Of a DNA stretch of 64,000 nucleotides, positions 10,158 through 17,473 are shown in pieces. Source of the stretch: Spirochaetaceae bacterium (GTDB lineage: Bacteria; Spirochaetota; Spirochaetia; DSM-2461). Position 1 is the stretch's first letter. Every line of letters begins with the position of its first letter. The translations under genes were made by a program, and so were the position numbers. Location of the stretch: NCBI GenBank assembly GCA_051531975.1, contig JAOPTT010000006.1, positions 664,315 through 728,314 of the forward strand. Direction: 5' to 3'. The notes beneath the pieces were generated by a model. That model searched no databases, was not told where the DNA came from, and worked only from the letters and a program-made list of their open reading frames with translations.

Positions 10158-10316
10158 ATGATTAAGAAATCTTTTGAAGAGAAAGTTGAATTTATTAAAA
10201 AGAGTAGACTTAAAAATTACAAAGAGAGTTTAAGGCTTGAAGGTCTAAATCCCTCTGTTCACCTCCATGGAAAAACTCGAGCAGAGATAATATCATATTA
10301 TACACACAAGAAATGA
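10158..10316 (+). CDS. YhfG/FicA-like antitoxin, 52 aa (absent from the ORF track)
   Basis: MIKKSFEEKVEFIKKSRLKNYKESLRLEGLNPSVHLHGKTRAEIISYYTHKK; SxxxEG inhibitory motif; ATGA overlap with fic start. Confidence 0.8.
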   Translation: MIKKSFEEKVEFIKKSRLKNYKESLRLEGLNPSVHLHGKTRAEIISYYTHKK

Positions 10317-10905
10317 AATCTATAAAGTATGGTACTGATGAAGATCCATATAGCTATAAAGATACTGACATATTAATTAATAAACTGGATATAAGATCTA
10401 ATATCACATTAGAAAATATTGAAGAAGAGATTTCTACCTTAGCTGTAGGTGAAATTGATTTTGCAACTCCTCCCTATAATTCTAAATATTGGCAGAACAT
10501 TCATGAAATACTATTTAAGGACTTATATAATTGGGCTGGAGAGTTTCGAACAGTTCATATTACTAAAGGTTCAACAGTCTTTTCAATCCTCTATATATAG
10601 ATCAGGAGTTAAATAGGATTTTTACTGACTTAAGTAGAAATAAATATTTTGTAGATTTACCAGTTGCACTATTAGTTACGAACATAGCATAATTATATAT
10701 TGAGTTGAATATAATTCATCCTTTTAGAGAAGGGAATGGACGTTCTCAGCGCATATTATTTGATCATATGTTAGCAAACTGTGGATATAAAATTGATTGG
10801 GGTAAAATATCAAAAGATCACTGGTTAGAAGCTAATATTTGCAGAGTAGACCTTAACTACAAGCCAATAGAAAATATTATGTCGGATTGTTTAGTAGAGT
10901 TTTAA
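10313..10905 (+). pseudogene. fic: Fic (FicT-like) AMPylating toxin, inactivated
   Basis: DPYSYKDTDILINKL, DLYNWAGEFRTV, HPFREGNGRSQR; frameshift near 10583 and in-frame TAA at 10690-10692. Confidence 0.85.
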
Positions 10906-11164
10906 TTATTTGGTGTATAAAATTACATTTCTAATTTCCTAGGGAGTTAATTATCCTAGCTCTATCCACAAACCCCTAACATATACTTCTAATGAAACCA
11001 AAACAAATGCATTTAATGTTCTAGTTGCTATCACATTCAATTTGTAAACTCCTAATAATATTATGCAATATGAATATCAACAATAATATATCAATTTGCG
11101 ATATTATTTCTAATTATTTTATTAAATCTTTCTATTTCTTAGTGTCCTTATGTTATCTCTTTTG

Positions 11165-11323
11165 TGTGACCAAAACTGTGACCAATTGAAATACAAAGCC
11201 GTACTAAACCATACAAAGCGATACAAAGAGTCGACGACCTAAGTTACTAAAGGGTATAAAGTTATACAAAGAGAGACAAAACCGTACAAATAAAAGACGA
11301 GGATTCGATTCCCTCCACCTCCA
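11165..11323 (+). repeat. att-like repeat copy 3
   Basis: TGTGACCAA at 11165 and 11177; heptamers at 11191, 11201, 11211, 11221 and 11264, 11274, 11284; GACGAGGATTCGATTCCCTCCACCTCCA ending 11323. Confidence 0.9.
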
Positions 11324-11329
11324 AAAACT

Positions 11330-11380
11330 AGACTCTTGTAATTCTATATATACAAAAGAATTACAAGAGTTTTTCTTTTT
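11330..11380 (+). terminator. Intrinsic terminator-like hairpin after the core
   Basis: AGACTCTTGTAATTCT...AGAATTACAAGAGTTT plus T tract. Confidence 0.75.
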
Positions 11381-11393
11381 ATAAATATTTCAA

Positions 11394-11502
11394 TGTAGCC
11401 AGTATGTAGCCAATACGAATAGAAAATGGTCGTTGAAACAGCATTTAAAGCACTCTAGAAGCTTAAAAAAGTACAATATTCCCAGTGTAACCCTCCACCT
11501 CT
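11394..11502 (+). repeat. Short-type att-like repeat (arm doublet plus degenerate core)
   Basis: TGTAGCCAG at 11394 and TGTAGCCAA at 11405; GTGTAACCCTCCACCTCT at 11485-11502. Confidence 0.7.
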
Positions 11503-11548
11503 TGCTATGTAAAAGCAGTTAGTATATTAACTGCCTACAGAATCTATC

Positions 11549-11800
11549 TATGATGGACCATATTGTCTAGACTAAATGTCAGCCACAAATCTTAATTTGT
11601 TTTTCTTTATTATATAAATTATAAAAATATGCTTCATCTGGTGTTCTTTTCCTAAGGGAATTATGTGGTCTTCTTAAGTTGTATTTATCAATATATCTAT
11701 TAATTCCTTGAATCGCTTCTATTGGATTTTCATAATCTTTTAAATAAACTTCTCCATATTTTAATGTTTTCCAGAATCTTTCGATTGTGATACTTTCTGA
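11549..11800 (-). mobile_element. IS3-family remnant (C-terminus of DDE transposase and probable right inverted repeat)
   Basis: ITIERFWKTLKYGEVYLKDY...YNLRRPHNSL..RTPDEAY; minus-strand GTCTAGACAATATGGTCCATCATA downstream resembles IS3-family ends. Confidence 0.75.
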
Positions 11801-12013
11801 TTCAGAAGTATCTGGGAAAAATAATCCTAAACAGCGGAATATAATTTTTACAATACTGATAGGCATATCTCTAAATACAACATCAAACATTAGGATAGCC
11901 ATTGGAGTTCCTTGATTAGATATAAACATCATATATAACTAGCTAATAAAAACTTCCTATAACATATAAAATTTAGAATTGTAATAAAGCATTATCCACT
12001 ATATTATAAGTAT

Positions 12014-12331
12014 ATGAATCAGGATAAAAAATTAGAAAAAATCAAGGACATAATAGTCGAAACTGTACATCCAGATAAAATTATACTTTTTGGATCACGA
12101 GCCAATGGTACAAATAAAGACGACAGTGACTATGATATCTTTATACTAAAAAATGGTATTACTAATGAAAGAACCATAATTGGTGATGTCAATGTTGCCC
12201 TATTTAGGAATCATATTATTGATGATATTGATATTGTCGCAGCTAATCCTGAAAAATTTGAAAAACACAAAAACAATGACTATTTAGTTTATAAAGATAT
12301 TTATAACCAGGGAATAACTATTTATGGATAA
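12014..12331 (+). CDS. Minimal nucleotidyltransferase (MNT) antitoxin
   Basis: IILFGSRANGTNKDDSDYDIF (GSx10DxD); overlaps the HEPN gene. Confidence 0.85.
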   Translation: MNQDKKLEKIKDIIVETVHPDKIILFGSRANGTNKDDSDYDIFILKNGITNERTIIGDVNVALFRNHIIDDIDIVAANPEKFEKHKNNDYLVYKDIYNQGITIYG

Positions 12332-12704
12332 GAGCATTGATCCAAAAGAATGGTTGAACAGAGCTTATGGTTGTTTGCTAAGGGCGAGAAAACCTATTGA
12401 AGAAGGTATGTACTATGAAGACTTCTGCTATGACTGCCAGCAAGCAGCTGAAAAAGCTCTTAAAGCCCTAATCGTTAGATTAGGTCTAGATCTACATAGA
12501 ACCCACTCTTTTAGAAAACTTCTTAACGAATTAACAAAAAGAATAATTATTCCTGAATCAATATTTGATGTTCTTAAAATTGAAGTATATGCAGTAACAA
12601 CAAGGTACCCAGATGATTTTATTGAAGTATCTGAAAATGAATATAGAGAAGCATTAGAAATTGCTCAAAGAGTATATGACTGGACTTCAGAAAATATAAA
12701 ATAA
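12324..12704 (+). CDS. HEPN domain protein (MNT-associated)
   Basis: CQQAAEKALKALI, RTHSFRKLL, AVTTRYPD. Confidence 0.85.
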   Translation: MDKSIDPKEWLNRAYGCLLRARKPIEEGMYYEDFCYDCQQAAEKALKALIVRLGLDLHRTHSFRKLLNELTKRIIIPESIFDVLKIEVYAVTTRYPDDFIEVSENEYREALEIAQRVYDWTSENIK

Positions 12705-12935
12705 ACTTCTATAAAATCTTACCTTTAGATGAATATAACCATTATTATTGTTTAAACCTTGTATTAGATAAATACTAAAAAGTTACGAATTCCGTAAATT
12801 TACTAAATTCGAATCACTTCAGGTGTAGAGTTACGTTTCATTGTAACCAAAATTGGATAGCCACAACCACTCTATTGTTCATTATGATGCAGTATTGTTT
12901 CCTAGAAAGCGAAAGTACTATGTAATCTTGTCAAA

Positions 12936-13094
12936 TGTAGCCAATATTGTAGCCAAAACCCAGACAAACTGATACAAAACAGTACTAAACTATACAAAGT
13001 CTAAGACATCTAAGTTACTAATCTGTATAAAGTTATACAAAATAAAGCAAAGCGATACGAAAGCTATTGGAGGTTTCGATTCCCTCCACCTCCA
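12936..13094 (+). repeat. att-like repeat copy 4
   Basis: TGTAGCCAATATTGTAGCCAAAACC...TATAAAGTTATACAAA...TGGAGGTTTCGATTCCCTCCACCTCCA. Confidence 0.9.
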
Positions 13095-13096
13095 TT

Positions 13097-13432
13097 TTAA
13101 GACTTATATAAATCTTTTATTGAAGTGATTAGCGTTGGAATTGTTCTTGAAACAGTTGTCCAAATTATTTCATAATCAACAACATCATAACCATGAATTA
13201 ATCGATCCCTCATACCAGCCATAGCTTTCCATGGAATACTTTTATTTGATTCTCTAAAATCATCAGGGATTCGCTTACTAGCTTCACCAATAATCTCCAA
13301 ACATCTTATTACTGCAAATTGAGTTTTTTCATCGTATTTGAACTCATCTTTTGATAGTCCCTTTATAAACTCTTGGGTTAATTCCATAGATTTTAAAATA
13401 TCGTTAAGATAGACCTTAAAATCTTTTTTCAC
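13097..13432 (-). CDS. DUF86/HepT-like HEPN ribonuclease toxin
   Basis: AVIRCLEIIGEA, IPWKAMAGMRDRLIHGY (Rx4HxY). Confidence 0.9.
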   Translation of the reverse strand: MKKDFKVYLNDILKSMELTQEFIKGLSKDEFKYDEKTQFAVIRCLEIIGEASKRIPDDFRESNKSIPWKAMAGMRDRLIHGYDVVDYEIIWTTVSRTIPTLITSIKDLYKS

Positions 13433-13725
13433 AGATATTGAACCTCAGATAATATAGATTCATTAATTATAGGTTTGAGTGAAGATTTTAGGACGAGATC
13501 AACTGTAGTATTTAGATCTTCAGTAAGTTCCTGCTCTAATGTAATAAGATCAAAAAGATCCATTTTCGAGGGCCTAGACAAATCAATGAGTATATCAACA
13601 TCACTGTTAGCATTTTCTTCACCTCTTACATAAGATCCAAAGATACCTATTTCACTAATACCTGATTCTAGTAATCTCTTTTTCTTTTTAAGAAGTGTAT
13701 CTTTGATGATGTTTAAGTCTGTCAT
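13429..13725 (-). CDS. MntA-like minimal nucleotidyltransferase antitoxin
   Basis: IGIFGSYVRGEENANSDVDILI, VDLV; 4-bp overlap with the DUF86 gene. Confidence 0.9.
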   Translation of the reverse strand: MTDLNIIKDTLLKKKKRLLESGISEIGIFGSYVRGEENANSDVDILIDLSRPSKMDLFDLITLEQELTEDLNTTVDLVLKSSLKPIINESILSEVQYL

Positions 13726-13853
13726 ATATCCCTCTTACTAATATTATACTACTGCTAATTTTATTTAAATAGAAGTAATTAAAATTTTACTTGTCTATTC
13801 AAACCTAATATTGAATTATCTACTGCAGATGTCATTAGTGCACATACTGTAAA

Positions 13854-14010
13854 TGTAGCCAATATTGTAGCCAAAACCAATTCAAAATGGTACAAAACAG
13901 TACTAAACTATACAAAGTCTATGGCTTCTAAATTACGACTCTATATAAAGTTATACAAAATAAAGCAAAGACATACGAAAGATATTGGAGGTTTCGATTC
14001 CCTCCACCTC
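13854..14010 (+). repeat. att-like repeat copy 5
   Basis: TGTAGCCAA at 13854 and 13866; same heptamer array; TGGAGGTTTCGATTCCCTCCACCTC. Confidence 0.9.
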
Positions 14011-14043
14011 TAAAGATGTACTTTTTTTATTTAAACAATCTAA

Positions 14044-14140
14044 GTAGCCAAAACAAATTCAAAGGCATACAAAACCGTACTAAGCGATACAAAAATAAAG
14101 GCACCTACCCCTACACAGTATATAAAGTCATACAAAACCA
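14044..14140 (+). repeat. Degenerate att-like repeat lacking the core
   Basis: GTAGCCAAAAC, ATACAAA/GTACTAA/ATACAAA at 10-bp spacing, TATAAAGTCATACAAA. Confidence 0.7.
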
Positions 14141-14198
14141 TATTAAGGTAGCTAATATATCTAAAGCTGAATACCCATGCTATATGTTGATATAGTTT

Positions 14199-15587
14199 TT
14201 ATACGTCTTTATATGCTTTTACAAGTTGTTCCATAGCACTTCTACCATCACCAAAAAACATTAAAGTATTATCTGCAATGAATAGTGGATTAGGAATGCC
14301 GGCAAAACCAGGTCTTAAACTTCTTTTTATAACTATAACTGTTTTAGCACTATCAACATTTAAAATAGGCATACCTGATATCGGATTATTCTCTTCACGG
14401 GATATTGGATTTACAACATCATTCGCTCCAAGAACAATTACTACATCCATATCTTTAAATCTTGGATTAATAATATCAAGCTCCAGTAATTTGTCGTAAG
14501 AAATATTCTCTTCTGCAAGTAGAACATTCATATGACCAGGCATCCGTCCTGCTACGGGGTGAATGCCAAATACAACATTAACACCTCTTTTCTCAAGATC
14601 TTCTGAAAGGATACGAACCATACCCTGAGCGTGGGCTACTGCCATACCATACCCAGGAACAAATGCAACATTTCTTGCTGATTCTAAAAGCATAGCAATC
14701 TCTTCGGCTGATGTCGATTTTGTTTTACCACTATATATGTCCCCTTCATCCACCTGTTTGATAATTGCACCAATTCCTCCAAAAAGAACATTAGAAAGAG
14801 ATCTATTCATAGCTTTACACATTATTCTCGTCAAAATAATACCCGATGCTCCTACTAGTGCTCCAGCGATTATAAGAACATGATTTGAAAGTACAAAACC
14901 AGTAGCTGTAGCAGCTAAACCTGAGTAAGAATTTAGAAGTGCTATAACTATTGGCATATCTGCACCACCAATTGCAATTACAAGAAAAATACCTAATAGC
15001 CCTGCTATTGCTACTAAAACCCAATAATATATTGTTTGATCAGGTTTCTTAATTATAAGAACTCCAACAATTATAGACATTAGAAACAGTAGTATTTTTA
15101 CAGACTGTTCAAGTTTGTATCTAACTGGTTTATCACTTACTATTCCTTGAAGTTTTCCAAAAGCGATAAAACTTCCTGTAAAAGTAACAGAACCTATTAA
15201 TCCAGATATTACAACAGAAATTAATAATAAATTGGATGGATTCATACCTGGAAGAGAATACTCAATTAAAACAGCACCAGCAACTAGAAGTGAAGCTCCT
15301 CCACCTAATCCATTAAATAGACCAACCATTTGTGGCATAGCTGTCATTTTAATTTTTACAGCTGAAATAACTCCAATAACCGAGCCAATTAGTATCCCTA
15401 ATATAATCAGGTCGTAGCTAATAATCTGTCTGTTCAACAAAGTAATTATTATAGCCAATAACATTCCAACTGCACCCAAAAAGTTTCCACGTACAGCACT
15501 TTTGGGATGAGATAATCCCTTTAATCCCAAAATAAACAGTGTTGCTGATAGTAGATAAATAAAGTTCACAAACGCGGGTGATATCAT
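14199..15587 (-). CDS. pntB: NAD(P) transhydrogenase subunit beta
   Basis: MTAMPQMVGLFNGLGG, GGADMPIVIALLNSYSG, PGYGMAVAHAQ, HPVAGRMPGHMNVLLAE, GANDVVNP. Confidence 0.95.
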   Translation of the reverse strand: MISPAFVNFIYLLSATLFILGLKGLSHPKSAVRGNFLGAVGMLLAIIITLLNRQIISYDLIILGILIGSVIGVISAVKIKMTAMPQMVGLFNGLGGGASLLVAGAVLIEYSLPGMNPSNLLLISVVISGLIGSVTFTGSFIAFGKLQGIVSDKPVRYKLEQSVKILLFLMSIIVGVLIIKKPDQTIYYWVLVAIAGLLGIFLVIAIGGADMPIVIALLNSYSGLAATATGFVLSNHVLIIAGALVGASGIILTRIMCKAMNRSLSNVLFGGIGAIIKQVDEGDIYSGKTKSTSAEEIAMLLESARNVAFVPGYGMAVAHAQGMVRILSEDLEKRGVNVVFGIHPVAGRMPGHMNVLLAEENISYDKLLELDIINPRFKDMDVVIVLGANDVVNPISREENNPISGMPILNVDSAKTVIVIKRSLRPGFAGIPNPLFIADNTLMFFGDGRSAMEQLVKAYKDV

Positions 15588-15868
15588 TTTTTACCCCTTC
15601 CAAATTTCTTTAACATTCTATGGGTAACTACAAAACCTCCAACTACATTTATAGTTGCAAATATTACTGCTATAAGTCCTAGTACTGTTGTTAAAGTAGT
15701 TATCTGACTACCGGTTGATAAAATTGCACCAATTAATGATATACCTGATATTGCATTTGAACCGGACATAAGGGGTGTATGCAGGATTGGGGATATTTTT
15801 GTGATAACCTCAAAACCTACAAAAATTGCCAAAACAAATATTATTAAAAGAACAACAAAATTTTCCAT
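15584..15868 (-). CDS. pntAB: NAD(P) transhydrogenase subunit alpha part 2
   Basis: LHTPLMSGSNAISG, ATINVVGGFVVTHRML; start placed at the ATG after a GGAGG RBS. Confidence 0.9.
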   Translation of the reverse strand: MENFVVLLIIFVLAIFVGFEVITKISPILHTPLMSGSNAISGISLIGAILSTGSQITTLTTVLGLIAVIFATINVVGGFVVTHRMLKKFGRGKK

Positions 15869-15869
15869 G

Positions 15870-16991
15870 TTACCTCCACTCACCCTCTCTGCATATTAAT
15901 GTTTTCTCTATAATTTCATCTTCCATATTCATGTTTAATTCACCATCTTTAATTAGAAGATGTATAAAATTTGATATGTTTTTTGAATATAACTGACTGG
16001 AGTGGTTTGCAACTTCTGAAGGTAGATTAGTGCTTCCGATAATTTTTACGCCATCTATGTCTTTTATTTTATTTGGTTCTGTTAATTCACAATTACCTCC
16101 CCCCTCTGCTGCTAGATCTATAATTAGACTCCCTTGAGACATACTGTGTACCATATCGGCTGTTATTAGAATCGGAGCTTTTTTACCTGGAATAAGTGCT
16201 GTTGTAATAACGACATCAGATGCTTTTATAGATGCTGCTAAGAGCTCCCTTTGTTTATCATAAAACTCTTTATCCATCTCTTTTGCATAACCACCTTTAT
16301 CCTCTGATCCCCCGGTCTCTAGATCAAGTTCAAGGAATTTAGCCCCAAGACTTTCAACCTGCTCTTTTGCAGCCGGTCTTATGTCATAACCTGTAATTAG
16401 TGCTCCAAGTCTATGGGTTGTAGCTATGGCCTGCAGTCCTGCAACTCCAGCACCTATAACCAATATTTTAGACGGAGTAATAGTACCTGCCGCTGTCATC
16501 ATCATCGGGAATATTTTATGAAGACTATCTGCTGCGATTATAGCTGCTTTATATCCTGAAATTGAGGCCATTGAGGATAGAACATCCATGCTCTGGGCTC
16601 TTGATATCCTTGGAATCAGTTCAAGCGCAAAGACATTGAGTTTTTTCTCTTTTAGTAAATTTTTAAACTCTTTCATATTATATGGATTCATAAGACCAAT
16701 TACTGTGGCCTTATTTCTTATGATATTTATATCTTTTTTTCCCTCTATAGGATTTGAAGCACCAGCACGAACCATTATTAGTATATCGGATTTATTAAAT
16801 ATCTCTTCGCGGCTCTCTGTAATAGTGGCCCCTTTCAAACTGTATAGTTCATCTTTAAACCCTGCGTTTAAACCGGCACCACTTTCGATTAGAACGGAAG
16901 AGCCTGCTTTAATGAGTCCTGCAACATGTGCTGGAACCAGTGCAACTCTATTTTCATTTGGGAAACTTTCTTTTGGAATACCAATAATCAT
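15870..16991 (-). CDS. pntAA: NAD(P) transhydrogenase subunit alpha part 1
   Basis: MIIGIPKE, PRISRAQSMDVLSSM, GAGVAGLQAI, TTALIPGKKAP. Confidence 0.95.
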   Translation of the reverse strand: MIIGIPKESFPNENRVALVPAHVAGLIKAGSSVLIESGAGLNAGFKDELYSLKGATITESREEIFNKSDILIMVRAGASNPIEGKKDINIIRNKATVIGLMNPYNMKEFKNLLKEKKLNVFALELIPRISRAQSMDVLSSMASISGYKAAIIAADSLHKIFPMMMTAAGTITPSKILVIGAGVAGLQAIATTHRLGALITGYDIRPAAKEQVESLGAKFLELDLETGGSEDKGGYAKEMDKEFYDKQRELLAASIKASDVVITTALIPGKKAPILITADMVHSMSQGSLIIDLAAEGGGNCELTEPNKIKDIDGVKIIGSTNLPSEVANHSSQLYSKNISNFIHLLIKDGELNMNMEDEIIEKTLICREGEWR

Positions 16992-17275
16992 AATCTGATC
17001 CTCCCAGTTAAATTGTAATCTGGTGAATCTAAAATGCAATGTTTTTTATTCTGATACTCGTTTGACGCACCATTATACTCATAAGTAACTTCAATTTAGT
17101 TTGACACTCAAGATACTTAAATTCAAAATAATTACTAATTATATTTTGAGAATCAAGATAAATAAGAAGTTCACGTGGTAGTAAAAAATTTATATAAGTC
17201 TAAATATTAATTAAAAATTTTATATATTAGGTGTGAATATTATTTTGAATATTAAATTAAGTCATCAATTAAGAT

Positions 17276-17386
17276 AATTAACTTTGGTATTGATCGGGTA
17301 ACAGTCGTCTATATTATCTCATAATCAATAACATCATAACCGTAAGTTAGTCTATATCTCATCCCAGCCATTTATATCCAAGGTAT
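17276..17386 (-). pseudogene. Remnant of a DUF86/HepT toxin gene
   Basis: Translates IPWI*MAGMRYRLTYGYDVIDYEII*TTVTRSIPKLI, versus IPWKAMAGMRDRLIHGYDVVDYEIIWTTVSRTIPTLI in 13097-13432. Confidence 0.8.
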
Positions 17387-17402
17387 AAAACTGTTCAATA
17401 AA

Positions 17403-17450
17403 TTAAAGCCTATGTTAATTCTTTTCTCGAGCTAACATGGGCTTTAATCT
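17403..17450 (-). terminator. Hairpin downstream of lon
   Basis: TTAAAGCCTATGTTA...TAACATGGGCTTTAA. Confidence 0.6.
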
Positions 17451-17473
17451 TTATGACAGCTTATTACTTTCTT

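Noticed and set aside
10251..10267. CCCTCTGTTCACCTCCA resembling the core
   Set aside because: Lies inside the antitoxin coding sequence, is interrupted, and has no arm motifs; probably chance
11800..11932. N-terminal part of ORF 11579..11932 as transposase
   Set aside because: Similarity to IS3 OrfB starts only near ITIERFW; the upstream part is unrelated sequence in frame by chance
542..14010. Repeats as a CRISPR array
   Set aside because: Repeats are ~160 bp and separated by gene-bearing segments up to ~9 kb; no cas genes are present
542..14010. Repeats as classical integron attC sites
   Set aside because: No RYYYAAC...GTTRRRY ends or long internal palindrome; they are built from direct repeats and a tRNA-like core; no intI in the window
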